29,424 bases of DNA. It comes from Candidatus Altiarchaeota archaeon (GTDB lineage: Archaea; Altiarchaeota; Altiarchaeia; IMC4; SCGC-AAA252-I15). Both the position numbers and the translations under genes were made by a program. Numbering within the stretch: position 1 is the stretch's first letter; each line of letters begins with the position of its first letter. This document shows positions 16,943 through 26,586 of the stretch, piece by piece. A model generated the notes under the pieces. The model was given only the letters and a program-made list of their open reading frames with translations, searched no databases and was not told where the DNA came from. The stretch lies in assembly GCA_043804895.1 (NCBI GenBank), contig JAZDIN010000062.1, positions 1-29,424 on the forward strand, written 5' to 3'.

Positions 16943-17170
16943 ATGAATGAATTCACTGTCTCCATCAAGGTCTCTGAAGATGTCGCGAAAGCCTGCCTTA
17001 AGTCTATAAAGCCTGAAATAGACTCCGACACGTACGGTCGCTCCAAGGTAGAGCTCAAGTACGACGGAGAACTGACGCTCAGAATAGAGGCGAAAGACCT
17101 CCACGCCCTACGCGCCGCAGCCAACACATACCTGCGCTGGCTTGACATGTGCATAAAACTCGCAAAATAA
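16943..17170 (+). CDS. pcc1: KEOPS complex subunit Pcc1
   Basis: SIKPE...RSKV...LRIEAKDLHALRAAANTYLRWL; between rpo12 and pfdB. Confidence 0.92.
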   Translation: MNEFTVSIKVSEDVAKACLKSIKPEIDSDTYGRSKVELKYDGELTLRIEAKDLHALRAAANTYLRWLDMCIKLAK

Positions 17171-17209
17171 CCCAGTCTTATATACCACCAATTCGTATGT
17201 ATTGTGGCT

Positions 17210-17557
17210 ATGGACGTGCCGAAACAAGTGCAGGACAAGCTAGCGCAGTTCCAGAACATGCAGAACCAGCTGCATGTGGTTTCCATGCAAAAGCAGCAGC
17301 TCATGCTTCAGAACACCGACCTGGACAACGCCAGAAAGGAGGTCGAACCACTCAAGGGGGAGAAGATCTACAGGATGGTCGGCCCCATACTCATAGAGAC
17401 CACGAAAGAGGCTGGCGTGAAATACCTGACAGACGAGAAGGACCTTTCTGAAGCCAAGATAAAGATGCTCGAAAAGCAGGAGAAGAAGCTTGTCGAGCGG
17501 CTGAACGAGATGCGCGGCGAACTACAGAACATGCTGCAGCCGACAAACAACCAATAG
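17210..17557 (+). CDS. pfdB: Prefoldin beta subunit
   Basis: PKQVQDKLAQFQNMQNQL...QKQQ, IYRMVGPILI, LEKQEKKL. Confidence 0.95.
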   Translation: MDVPKQVQDKLAQFQNMQNQLHVVSMQKQQLMLQNTDLDNARKEVEPLKGEKIYRMVGPILIETTKEAGVKYLTDEKDLSEAKIKMLEKQEKKLVERLNEMRGELQNMLQPTNNQ

Positions 17558-17591
17558 GGTTGCGGTTTTTATTATCTTCGGACAATAGTTT

Positions 17592-19088
17592 ATGATGGCA
17601 GAGGTACTCCACTCCTACGACAACGTCAAGATAATGGAGGGCGAAAGCGGCCAGATACCATACTACGTCTACCTTGCGCCTGAACTGACAGATGAGGAAA
17701 GGAGAATACTCGGCAACTGCAGGACGATAGTCGGAGACACAAACGCAACCACCGCACAACTTACGAACATACGCACAACAGGCGAGAAGGAGGCCTACCT
17801 AAGGGAATTCCTCAGGGGAAAGATAAAGAACCTAAACGTCAAGCCTGAAAACGCCGAATACATGGTTTCGTCCATGATGGATGAAGTCTTCCTCGGCTAC
17901 GGCAGGCTCGGACCCCTCATAAGGGATGAGCAGCTCGAGGAGATAATGGTCAACAACGTGAACTCCCCGGTGTTCGTCGTACACCGCAGATACGGCATGT
18001 GTATCACAAACCTGATGTATGAGACCCATGAGCCGCTCAACAACCTGGTTCAGTGGCTAGCAAGATACGCCAACAGGGAGTTGAGCGAACAAAACCCCCT
18101 CCTTGACGCCCAGATGCCTGACGGCTCAAGGGTGAACGTCGCCATACCACCGGCAGCCCCATTCGGCCCAGCAGTCACCATAAGGAAGTTCAGAAAGATC
18201 CCCTACAACATACTCGACCTGATAGAGCTCGGGAGCATCAGCACAGAACTGGCGGCATTCCTTTGGGTGTGTATCGAAGGGCTCGGACTTTCGCCTGTCG
18301 ATTTGATACTAGCAGGAGGAGCAGGCTCAGGGAAGACCACCCTACTGAACGCGCTTGCGATGTTCATCCCAAAAACCGAGCGGGTCATCACAGTCGAAGA
18401 CACCATGGAATTGAACTTCGACTTCATCGAAAACTGGGTGCCGCTCGAAGCCTCACCGACGGCTACCGACCAGTCTAATTACATGAGCATGCACAGCATG
18501 CTCAGAAACTCGCTGCGTATGCGCCCCGACAGGGTCATCGTAGGGGAGGTTAGGGGAAGCGAAGCTGAGACCCTGTTCGTCGCCATGGACATCGGACTTG
18601 ACGGCAGCATGGGCACACTCCACGCGAACAACGCCCGCGAGACGACGATACGCCTTATGGGCGAACCCATGAACGTCCCGATTAGGATGATGCCCCTCCT
18701 CAACCTGATAGTTGTGATAAACAGGCTACCTGACCGCAAGAAGGGGGGGATGTACAGGAGGGTTACCCAGGTGGCCGAAGTATCTGGCACTGAAGGTGAT
18801 GTCGTGCACCTCGGGGACATATTCGCCTACGACATCACAACTGACGCCATAAAGAGGACGAACTACCCCATACTCCTTTTGGAGAAGATTGCGAACAAGT
18901 GCGGCATAACGAAGAAGACTCTTCTCACCGAGCTCCTCGTCAGGGAGAAGGTTCTCCAGTACATGATAAACAAGGGTATAAAGGATAACAGCGAAGTAGT
19001 TAGGTTCTTCCACATATACCACTGCGACCCTAAGGCGATACTGTCCAGGCTGAAGAAGGATGGGCAGATGCCGAACATACAGGAATGA
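17592..19088 (+). CDS. Type II/IV secretion or pilus ATPase (CpaF/TadA/VirB11 family)
   Basis: LEEIMVN, PLLDAQMPDGSRVN, TIRKF, Walker A GGAGSGKTT, TVEDTMEL, LRMRPDRVIVGEVRG.EA, MGTLHAN. Confidence 0.92.
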   Translation: MMAEVLHSYDNVKIMEGESGQIPYYVYLAPELTDEERRILGNCRTIVGDTNATTAQLTNIRTTGEKEAYLREFLRGKIKNLNVKPENAEYMVSSMMDEVFLGYGRLGPLIRDEQLEEIMVNNVNSPVFVVHRRYGMCITNLMYETHEPLNNLVQWLARYANRELSEQNPLLDAQMPDGSRVNVAIPPAAPFGPAVTIRKFRKIPYNILDLIELGSISTELAAFLWVCIEGLGLSPVDLILAGGAGSGKTTLLNALAMFIPKTERVITVEDTMELNFDFIENWVPLEASPTATDQSNYMSMHSMLRNSLRMRPDRVIVGEVRGSEAETLFVAMDIGLDGSMGTLHANNARETTIRLMGEPMNVPIRMMPLLNLIVVINRLPDRKKGGMYRRVTQVAEVSGTEGDVVHLGDIFAYDITTDAIKRTNYPILLLEKIANKCGITKKTLLTELLVREKVLQYMINKGIKDNSEVVRFFHIYHCDPKAILSRLKKDGQMPNIQE

Positions 19089-19089
19089 T

Positions 19090-19482
19090 TCAGGCGTTGC
19101 TAATGCAGCTTTGCTTTATGTTGTCACGGGTTATGCTGTTGCACAGGCTCTTGTCCTTTACCTTGATTGCAATCTTGTAGTAGCAGGTGTCCTTAAGGTC
19201 ACTTGCAGCTACGCTCTTGCAGAGGTTAACTTTGTTTGAAGAGACCGCTATGTCCCTGACACATATGTCCTTTATCCTGCTCTCAGCTATCTGGTTGCAT
19301 TTGCTGATGTCAGACGAGGATACCGCGGCACGGTAGAAGGCACTGTCCTGCTGCAATGACTCTGCCCTACTTAGGGTAGTGGCTGTCGTAGTCGGTTTCG
19401 GAGGGGAAACGCAACCTAAGGCTAGAATTACAATAGAGAGAAACGCTACGTAAACCAGGCCCCGCATAGTAGAGTATCCCAT
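19090..19482 (-). CDS. Putative lipoprotein with about 3 cysteine repeats
   Basis: Lipobox-like LALGC, Thr/Pro linker, CNQIAESRIKDIC / CKSVAASDLKDTCY / CNSITRDNIKQSC; start may be ATG 19467. Confidence 0.8.
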   Translation of the reverse strand: MGYSTMRGLVYVAFLSIVILALGCVSPPKPTTTATTLSRAESLQQDSAFYRAAVSSSDISKCNQIAESRIKDICVRDIAVSSNKVNLCKSVAASDLKDTCYYKIAIKVKDKSLCNSITRDNIKQSCISNA

Positions 19483-19499
19483 TCTATCTTTAAAAGTAC

Positions 19500-19895
19500 C
19501 TATTTTTTCCTGTAGACTTCAGACGGATTAAACAACCGCTCCCCAACAACAGCCAAACCACTCTTCGTGACCTTCCTGTGGAAGCATGTCCTATAGCCCT
19601 CGTGGCATGCGCCGCCAGTTTGTTCCACCCGGTACACTACAGCGTCTCCGTCGCAGTCCACAAGAACTTCGCTCACCTTCTGGGTGTTACCGCTCTCCTC
19701 CCCCTTAAGCCAAAGCCGCCCCCGCGAGGTGCTGAAGAAATGAGCCAACCCTGTCTCGAGAGTCTTCTCGAGAGCCTCACGATTAGCGTACGCCAGCATC
19801 AGAACCTCACCGTTGCCTTTGTCCTGTACGACGACAGACACGAGGCTGCCAACGCCGTCGACATTCCTCGTCTTCAGATTCTCCCAAACGCCCAT
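19500..19895 (-). CDS. hisI: Phosphoribosyl-AMP cyclohydrolase HisI
   Basis: VVQD...[43 protein letters not shown]; true start ATG 19895. Confidence 0.95.
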   Translation of the reverse strand: MGVWENLKTRNVDGVGSLVSVVVQDKGNGEVLMLAYANREALEKTLETGLAHFFSTSRGRLWLKGEESGNTQKVSEVLVDCDGDAVVYRVEQTGGACHEGYRTCFHRKVTKSGLAVVGERLFNPSEVYRKK

Positions 19896-19929
19896 GCTAT
19901 TTAATAAGTCTGCGTTATTATTAAGCACG
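19896..19929. promoter_or_regulatory. Compact bidirectional promoter region (hisI / aIF-1A)
   Basis: 34-bp gap with TTTAATAA and TTATTATTAA. Confidence 0.5.
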
Positions 19930-20286
19930 ATGCCTGAAACGACCAATTTCGAGGAAAAACAGTTGGAGGACACGGCAGCCGAACTCGGAGCCGACGGCCA
20001 GCCGATAATCCGCGTCCGACTGCCAAGGAAAGGCCAGCTCCTGGGGGAAGTCGAACAGCTTCTTGGGGACAGAAGGATGGTAATAAAATGCGCTGACGGA
20101 CACACGAGACTGTGTAGGATACCTGGGAAGATAAGGAAGAGGATATGGATTAAGGAGGGCAACATCGTCATGATCGAACCCTGGGAGGTGCAGACCAAGG
20201 AACGAGGCGACCTATTGTGGCGCTACACGAACCAGCAGGCCGACTGGCTGCGCAGGCACGGACACCTCAAAAGCCTAGAAGACTGA
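19930..20286 (+). CDS. eif1a: Translation initiation factor aIF-1A
   Basis: [21 protein letters not shown]...[27 protein letters not shown]; true start ATG 19930. Confidence 0.96.
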   Translation: MPETTNFEEKQLEDTAAELGADGQPIIRVRLPRKGQLLGEVEQLLGDRRMVIKCADGHTRLCRIPGKIRKRIWIKEGNIVMIEPWEVQTKERGDLLWRYTNQQADWLRRHGHLKSLED

Positions 20287-20310
20287 TAAGATATTTCTGA
20301 GTCTACCCAC

Positions 20311-21063
20311 ATGAAAGAGGACGACCTATACAGGCAGATAGATTTGAGCGGCCTAAAAACCGAGGAACAGAGGGCTCCAAGCCGCAAAATAAGCGAGGCG
20401 GTATTCGACAACGAGACCCTCAAAAGCCTTTACGACCTTGCGAAAAAAGGAGCCTACACTGAGATGAAGAGCATCATCTCAACAGGGAAGGAGGCGAGCA
20501 TATTCTACGGCGTGAGGGACGGTGAGGAAGTCGTGTTGAAGGTATACCTGGTCGAGACCTCGGACTTCAGGCACATGAGCAAGTACGTCCGCGGAGACCC
20601 GAGATTCCAGGCTTGGAAGAACAGGAGGCAGCTCGTGTACATGTGGGCTCAGAAGGAGTTCAAGAATTTGAGCAGAATCTGCGATAAGGTTCCATGCCCG
20701 AAGCCGATTGACGTCCACAACAACGTGCTTGTGATGGAGTTCATAGGAGAGGATGGGGTGGCGGCGCCGAGGCTTAAGGACAGCAGGTTAGATGACCCGA
20801 AGAAGTACTACAACACGGTGGTGAAGTACATTAAGAAGATGCATGGGGAGAGGCTGGTGCACGCAGACCTATCGGAGTACAACATACTAGATTGGAGGGG
20901 GAAACCGTATGTCATAGACCTGTCAGCAGGCGTGCTCCTAGACCACCCGCAGTCTATGGAGTTCCTGCAGCGCGACATATGGAATATAGTCAACTTCTTC
21001 ACCAAACTGGGAGTGAAGGCAGACTACAACAAAGTCCTCAAGAGCGTACTGGATGACAACTGA
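20311..21063 (+). CDS. rio1: RIO1 serine/threonine kinase
   Basis: ISTGKEA, YVRGDPRF, WAQKEFKNL, VHADLSEYNIL, ID; follows aIF-1A. Confidence 0.95.
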   Translation: MKEDDLYRQIDLSGLKTEEQRAPSRKISEAVFDNETLKSLYDLAKKGAYTEMKSIISTGKEASIFYGVRDGEEVVLKVYLVETSDFRHMSKYVRGDPRFQAWKNRRQLVYMWAQKEFKNLSRICDKVPCPKPIDVHNNVLVMEFIGEDGVAAPRLKDSRLDDPKKYYNTVVKYIKKMHGERLVHADLSEYNILDWRGKPYVIDLSAGVLLDHPQSMEFLQRDIWNIVNFFTKLGVKADYNKVLKSVLDDN

Positions 21064-21499
21064 GACGATCAAGGCAAAAGGCCACATCAACGTCCTATCC
21101 ACCCACAACACAACACTAGAGTTCACGAAGGCGAACCACCTGAGCAAACGCGGAGACTGCATCATCGCAGTAGCGGCCGACAAATCCATGCTAAACCTAT
21201 CTGACGAATTCAAAAAGGCCGTCAGGAACGAGAATGCGAAAGTCGAGATAACAATCGAATGCGGCGGAATCAAAGACACCATCAACGCACACGGCCACCC
21301 AAAACTCACACTCACCCACCCCGCGGATTTCGTCGTGAGAAAAAGCGACTACATCTGCTCCCGAACCCTAGCGATAAAGGCGGACAAAGCCGCATGTGAT
21401 ATAAAAAGAGAATTGGTGGAAGAATTGAAAACTGCTGCTCAGGTAACATTAACCCTTAAAGTAATCAAAAGAAGCTATTTAGAGCAGTGTAAACCGTAA
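21053..21499 (+). CDS. DUF371 family protein
   Basis: I.AKGH.NV.STHNTTLEFTK..HLSKRGDCIIAVAADK, VVRKSDYICSRTLAIKADKAA. Confidence 0.9.
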   Translation: MTTETIKAKGHINVLSTHNTTLEFTKANHLSKRGDCIIAVAADKSMLNLSDEFKKAVRNENAKVEITIECGGIKDTINAHGHPKLTLTHPADFVVRKSDYICSRTLAIKADKAACDIKRELVEELKTAAQVTLTLKVIKRSYLEQCKP

Positions 21500-22367
21500 A
21501 CCATGAAAGTGTTGTTAGTACGAAGACGATGCCTGCAATAGTTGCGTCCACGTGTTGTTTCCCTTGGATTCTGTTAAGGAGATAGAATAACATAACTGCG
21601 ACAATTCCGGGTAGTATACCCACCCAAGTAAAGAGAACTATTGTCATGGAAAACACGCGTAGAAGAGGGTCTAGGAATGACTCAGAGGGGGGGAATATTG
21701 GATAGGAGTCTAAAGGGAGAAAACAGAATAGGCATAATGTAAAGAGGATTATTAAAAATGCCTTTATTAGAAGTCCAGTCTCCTTCAGCCAGGTATTACT
21801 CTCACCCCATAATCTATTAAGGAGTATGGTGAGGATAGTGACAGGTACTGAAAAAAACAGGATAATTAAATATAATAAGGGTAGGGTTGAAATGAAGTCA
21901 TCAATCCTTGTTTCAATCTGTTGCCTCATCTCTTCGTTTTTACACCAGTCATGTTTTCCCCCCTCAAATGGACCCCTTATAGTTCCCTTGTCCGTGCGTT
22001 CTGATATGTTGACCCCGCGGACTTCATAATCAATCTTGACTTCGACGTTGTACAGGAGTCCCGAACACCCTTCCATGCACCCTGTTGCGTTTACTAGGAA
22101 GTTGTCACCAGGATAAACCAGCAGTGGCTCCACATTCCCATAACAGGTTACGCCTTTACCTGATATCTCCACACTTTTAACGTATATGATATTCCCAACT
22201 CCGTTGGTGAAAACCCCTTTAAACTCCCCTGAATACATGCCTGTTGCAGACAACTGCGGCTTGATTTTAGGGAAACCAGTGAAAACCACTGTTTGTCCCG
22301 CACACCAGGCGGAACATAATATAGACAAAATCAGAACTGTTAGGGCAATCTTATAGCGTTGTTTCAT
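21465..22367 (-). CDS. Membrane protein: signal peptide, extracellular GFxKxKPQL domain, about 4 TM helices
   Basis: An about 110-aa domain clearly paralogous to 22476-23888, followed by hydrophobic helices. Confidence 0.8.
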   Translation of the reverse strand: MKQRYKIALTVLILSILCSAWCAGQTVVFTGFPKIKPQLSATGMYSGEFKGVFTNGVGNIIYVKSVEISGKGVTCYGNVEPLLVYPGDNFLVNATGCMEGCSGLLYNVEVKIDYEVRGVNISERTDKGTIRGPFEGGKHDWCKNEEMRQQIETRIDDFISTLPLLYLIILFFSVPVTILTILLNRLWGESNTWLKETGLLIKAFLIILFTLCLFCFLPLDSYPIFPPSESFLDPLLRVFSMTIVLFTWVGILPGIVAVMLFYLLNRIQGKQHVDATIAGIVFVLTTLSWFTVYTALNSFF

Positions 22368-22475
22368 CGTATCTGTTCCATCTAACTATCATACTCCTAA
22401 ATTTAAGAGTATATCCCCCAAGAAAGGATGGTTGGGAGGGGCAGATGAGCAACCCTGGTGAGGATAACGCTTAAC

Positions 22476-23888
22476 CTAATAATTGAACATGAATGAGCTG
22501 AACATAAAAATCAAGTAGAATAGGAGTATTATGCCAAACAGTAGTATCCCCCCGAGCCTTAGAAAGTCTTCAGATATAGTCCGTTGCATATGCCCCCCAC
22601 CGCCCGCGGGCTGTGGGTCTACTCTGCCTTCTTGAGGCTCCTTCGGCTTAGCCTTAATATTCACCTTAAGGAAAACCGCCCCCCCAAGGGTCATAAAGAG
22701 TGCGACTAAAAGTCCTCGGAAATCCAATTCACCAACAGAGTACACTAGAGTGTTCACCCCCCAGATAAAGAATCCAGCAGCCAGTATGAAATAGAGTATG
22801 GCAATGTTCTTTGCGTAGTAGAAGATTTCCGGGGGTTCCCATTCACCAGCACTCTCCGCGAACTTCCTGTTCACTAGGAGATAGGTCACAGCCATTCCGA
22901 TTAGAATCAACACCTCCAAAGTCCAGCCGAACTCTGAAAGCTTAGTTTCAGAAGTAAGCTGTAAAGTTGCCGCTATGGCCCTGAACGGGTAAATGAAAAC
23001 CAAACTAAAGGACAGGAGCGTTATTAACGGCCGTGTCACCGGCACAATCGTTGTTTTCAGCTTATCTTCTCTTCTGATATTGTATTCCGACAACGCGAGC
23101 AACACCACTCCGATAATAAAGTATATCGTCGACTCAATCAACCACCCGTATCTAAGTCTTAACATTATCTCTGGATTGTCTTTTGTGTTGAACAGATGGT
23201 CGAACCCAAAGATGCATATGAATGTTGAGCAAATCAGGAATATGAAAGCATATACCGCCAGCAGTTGTATTGTTGTAGATTTGGTGAACTTATCTAACCG
23301 TGTGTGAACCTCCATTACATAGATGATACTCATTGCTATGACTACTATCCACCATATGCCAAAGTCAAAAGACTTGTGCAGTCCATCAATACCGCCATAA
23401 CCCCAGGAGCTTTCATACCCCCTGGAGCCGCTGTAGGACCCGCTTGAGCCCTCAAACGGGCCTCTTATCGTTCCTGAATCTGTGTGAGATATTGTTTGAC
23501 CGCCAATTTCAGCATCATAGTTTATGGCGACATTTACGTTGTATACACTACCGGAATATCCCTGTATACAATTTTTAGCTCTAACCTGGAAGTTATCGCC
23601 CGGGTTGATTACGCTTGAGGTCAACTCACCATAGCAGGTTACGCCCCCACTGGTTATTTCAACGCTTTTGACGTATATCCTAGCCCCAATCCCATTGGTG
23701 AATACTGCGGTGAATTTCCCGTCATATTCGAGGCCTGTGCCTGCAAGCTGTGGTTTAAGTTTGGCGAAGCCGGTGGATGTTACAGTGCTCCCCCCCATAT
23801 TGAATACGCCAAGCTGCCACGTGAAAAGGCCCATTAGAGACAATATTGCAACAGCAGGGATGAGCCAGGAAGTTTTAGGGTTGGACAT
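22476..23888 (-). CDS. Membrane protein: N-terminal anchor, extracellular GFxKxKPQL domain, about 8 TM helices
   Basis: WQLGVFNMGG..TSTGFAKLKPQL...FTNGIG..IYVKSVEI...GDNF...GTIRGPFE, then a polytopic region. Confidence 0.82.
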   Translation of the reverse strand: MSNPKTSWLIPAVAILSLMGLFTWQLGVFNMGGSTVTSTGFAKLKPQLAGTGLEYDGKFTAVFTNGIGARIYVKSVEITSGGVTCYGELTSSVINPGDNFQVRAKNCIQGYSGSVYNVNVAINYDAEIGGQTISHTDSGTIRGPFEGSSGSYSGSRGYESSWGYGGIDGLHKSFDFGIWWIVVIAMSIIYVMEVHTRLDKFTKSTTIQLLAVYAFIFLICSTFICIFGFDHLFNTKDNPEIMLRLRYGWLIESTIYFIIGVVLLALSEYNIRREDKLKTTIVPVTRPLITLLSFSLVFIYPFRAIAATLQLTSETKLSEFGWTLEVLILIGMAVTYLLVNRKFAESAGEWEPPEIFYYAKNIAILYFILAAGFFIWGVNTLVYSVGELDFRGLLVALFMTLGGAVFLKVNIKAKPKEPQEGRVDPQPAGGGGHMQRTISEDFLRLGGILLFGIILLFYLIFMFSSFMFNY

Positions 23889-23940
23889 CTCAGATTAGCT
23901 ATTAGGGTACCTATTAAAATAGCAGAGGTAATATTCCCTT

Positions 23941-25626
23941 ATGCGCACACTAGACCTCCTAATCGTGCTCGTATCTTTATGGACGCTCCTGCTTGTTCTT
24001 GTAGGCCTTTGGTATCTCTTTGTTACGAATCCTGCAGTGGATGACTCGAACACGTGCGACAAGATACAGAATCCGAAGCAGAGGGAATTATGTTACCCCA
24101 GCAAAAATGTTTCAGTCGATAATAGTGCGGCATGTGATAGGATACAGGACCGGGAAGTTAGTGATAACTGCCATAGACAGGAGGGAGGGGTGTCTAAAAA
24201 CATGTCCGTATGTGATAAGATAGAGAACAGAGTTGTGCGAGAGGGATGTTATTATGAGGTCAGTAGAGCATCGAGTAATTTATCAGCATGTGACAGGATA
24301 CAAGACATATCCCTGAAGGAGTGGTGTTACAACACCTTCGGGGTGAAGTTGAACCGCTCATCAAAAACCGTGGCAGATCAAACATTAGCGGAATGCGACA
24401 GTATATCATCCTCTATTGGAAGGGACAGTTGTTATAAACGGGTTGGAGCGGAATTAAATGACCCGTCAATATGTGATAGAATACAAAACCAGGACCCTAA
24501 GGACGGCTGCTACCATCTGATTGCCTTGGCATTGAAGGATTTAACGCTCTGTGATAGGATACAGAACCAGAAAGCTAAGGATTACTGTTACTATAATTCC
24601 AGAGTGTTGAATGACTCGAGACTATGTGACAGACTGCAAGACGAACATATCCGGCTTGAATGTTACCTTAACGTCGGGGCAAAATCCAATGATCTTTCTA
24701 TTTGTGATAAAGTACTGGCACAGGAGCCTAAAGATGCCTGTTACAACATAATTGGTGCTGCACTGAACGACTCCTCAATATGCGACAGGATACAGGGTCA
24801 AATCCCCCAGAGCGTCTGTTATAGGGAGGTTGGAATATCTCAGGGTAATCTCTCGATTTGTGATAAAATAGAGGAAAAAACGAACAGGAACTCATGCTAT
24901 CTTACCATCACTTCACCATCCAATGACTTGTCGGTATGCGATAAGATACGGGCGCAGGAACCTAAAGATGACTGTTACAAGATAATTGGAACTGCATTGA
25001 ATGACTCTTCAATATGCGATAGGATACAGGGACAATTACCCGGGAGCGTCTGCTATAGGGGTGTTGGCATAGTTACGGGTAACCTCTCCATATGTGACAA
25101 GGCGGAGGAACAATCGAACAGAAACTCGTGTTACTATGAACTTGCTTCATCATCCAATGACTTGTCTGTATGCGATAAGATACAAGAGAAGTACTCCAGA
25201 CAAAGCTGCTACAAGGTTGTTAGCAGTCACTTAAAGGATCTAGCCATATGCGATGGGATAGAATCACAACTTCAAAAGGATGAATGCTATGCCATGGTGG
25301 CGGTGGCCTCAAATGACCCCTCAATATGTGGGCAAATACAAGAATCATCCCACTGGATTGAGACGTGTTATATAGAATTAGCTAAAAAGTCTGCTGAGTT
25401 GTCTATATGCGATAAAATAGAGGGTCAACGGGGTAAGGGTGAGTGTTACACTCATGTTGCCCTGGCTTTAAATGACTCGACCATATGCGACAGGATACAA
25501 TACTCTGGCTGGGATGATGAGTGCTACAGTGGTGTTGCTGTTTCATTAAGGGACGACTCCATATGCGATAAGATAGAGGGACAGATGCAAAAAAAAGGAT
25601 GTTACCAACGGGTTGCATCGTCATGA
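23941..25626 (+). CDS. Membrane-anchored cysteine-rich tandem repeat protein (20 repeats of about 26 aa)
   Basis: N-terminal TM, then 20 units with consensus D(L/S)SICD(K/R)IQ.....D.CY..(V/I)(A/G)...N; 40 Cys by hand count. Confidence 0.9.
   Translation: MRTLDLLIVLVSLWTLLLVLVGLWYLFVTNPAVDDSNTCDKIQNPKQRELCYPSKNVSVDNSAACDRIQDREVSDNCHRQEGGVSKNMSVCDKIENRVVREGCYYEVSRASSNLSACDRIQDISLKEWCYNTFGVKLNRSSKTVADQTLAECDSISSSIGRDSCYKRVGAELNDPSICDRIQNQDPKDGCYHLIALALKDLTLCDRIQNQKAKDYCYYNSRVLNDSRLCDRLQDEHIRLECYLNVGAKSNDLSICDKVLAQEPKDACYNIIGAALNDSSICDRIQGQIPQSVCYREVGISQGNLSICDKIEEKTNRNSCYLTITSPSNDLSVCDKIRAQEPKDDCYKIIGTALNDSSICDRIQGQLPGSVCYRGVGIVTGNLSICDKAEEQSNRNSCYYELASSSNDLSVCDKIQEKYSRQSCYKVVSSHLKDLAICDGIESQLQKDECYAMVAVASNDPSICGQIQESSHWIETCYIELAKKSAELSICDKIEGQRGKGECYTHVALALNDSTICDRIQYSGWDDECYSGVAVSLRDDSICDKIEGQMQKKGCYQRVASS
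24685..25190 (+). repeat. 234-bp (3-unit, 78-aa) internal duplication
   Basis: TCCAATGA recurs at 24685, 24919 and 25153 (234-bp period); repeats 9-11 closely match repeats 12-14. Confidence 0.85.
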
Positions 25627-25674
25627 ACTCAGTACTGCTGCTATTAAAATCAAGGTGTCCTAAATACATCCTGC

Positions 25675-26586
25675 ATGGATTATGATGTTATCATCGTCGG
25701 TGGGGGGCCTGCTGGTTTGACTGCTGCGATATATTGTGTGCGCCGTAAACTCAGGACTGTCGTGGTTGAGAGGATGGCATTGGGTGGGCAGATGAGGACT
25801 GCTTATGAGATATGTAACTGGCCTGGGGTTAAGTCGGCTTCGGGGCAGGAGCTCTCGGACATGATGGGCGAACATGCGAAGTCCCTTGGTGTGGAGTTCA
25901 TATTCGACGAGGCCGTTTCGCTGAAGATGAAGGGGAAGGTTAAGGAATTGCACCTCTCTGATAGGAAAATCACATCAACCGCAGTCATCCTCGCAACCGG
26001 AGGCCACCACAGGAGGTTGAACGCTAAAGGCGAGAAGGAGTACATGGGCCGGGGTGTCAGCTACTGCGCCACATGTGACGGCCCATTCTTCAAGGGTAAG
26101 GTTGTGGCCGTTGTCGGCGGCGGCAACTCCGCAGCAGACGACGCACTGTACCTTTCCACTGTCGCATCCAAAGTCTACTTAATCCATAGGAGGGATTCCT
26201 TCAGGTGTGAGGCAAGGAGAGTTGATGAGATGAAGGCCGCGGGGGTTGAGTTTATACTGGAGTCGCATGTGAAGGAGTTTCTTGGGGACGGCGTTTTGGA
26301 GGAGTTGGTTGTTGAGACGAATAGGGGGTTGAGGAAGGTTAAGGTAGACGGCTGTTTCATATCAGTCGGCGTGGACCCTGCCAACAGCCTTGCGAAGGAA
26401 ATTGGTGTCGAGTTGGACGGGAACGGATTCGTGGAAATCGACCCTGATATGAAGACCAACGTCGACGGAGTGTTCGCGGCAGGTGACGTCACAGGCGGTG
26501 TCATGCAAATCCCGACAGCAGTCGGCGAAGGATGCACAGCAGCGCTGAAGGCATACGAGTACGTGAAGGAAAATCGGTTAGAATAG
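25675..26586 (+). CDS. trxB: Thioredoxin-disulfide reductase
   Basis: [42 protein letters not shown]. Confidence 0.95.
   Translation: MDYDVIIVGGGPAGLTAAIYCVRRKLRTVVVERMALGGQMRTAYEICNWPGVKSASGQELSDMMGEHAKSLGVEFIFDEAVSLKMKGKVKELHLSDRKITSTAVILATGGHHRRLNAKGEKEYMGRGVSYCATCDGPFFKGKVVAVVGGGNSAADDALYLSTVASKVYLIHRRDSFRCEARRVDEMKAAGVEFILESHVKEFLGDGVLEELVVETNRGLRKVKVDGCFISVGVDPANSLAKEIGVELDGNGFVEIDPDMKTNVDGVFAAGDVTGGVMQIPTAVGEGCTAALKAYEYVKENRLE

Noticed and set aside
16648-17304. 218-aa minus-strand ORF and other long antisense ORFs across the superoperon
   Set aside because: They overlap well-supported plus-strand genes (rpo12, pcc1, pfdB) and show no recognisable motifs.
19813-20198. Long overlapping N-terminal extensions of hisI (from 20198) and aIF-1A (from 19813)
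   Set aside because: Homology begins at ATG 19895 and ATG 19930; the extensions are antisense read-through of each other.
23941-25626. CRISPR array or diversity-generating retroelement TR/VR pair
   Set aside because: The repeats are coding and degenerate at synonymous sites, the differences are not adenine-specific, and there is no reverse transcriptase or cas gene in the window.
23941-25626. Multiheme cytochrome or ferredoxin
   Set aside because: No CxxCH or CxxCxxC motifs; the spacing is C-x11-C.
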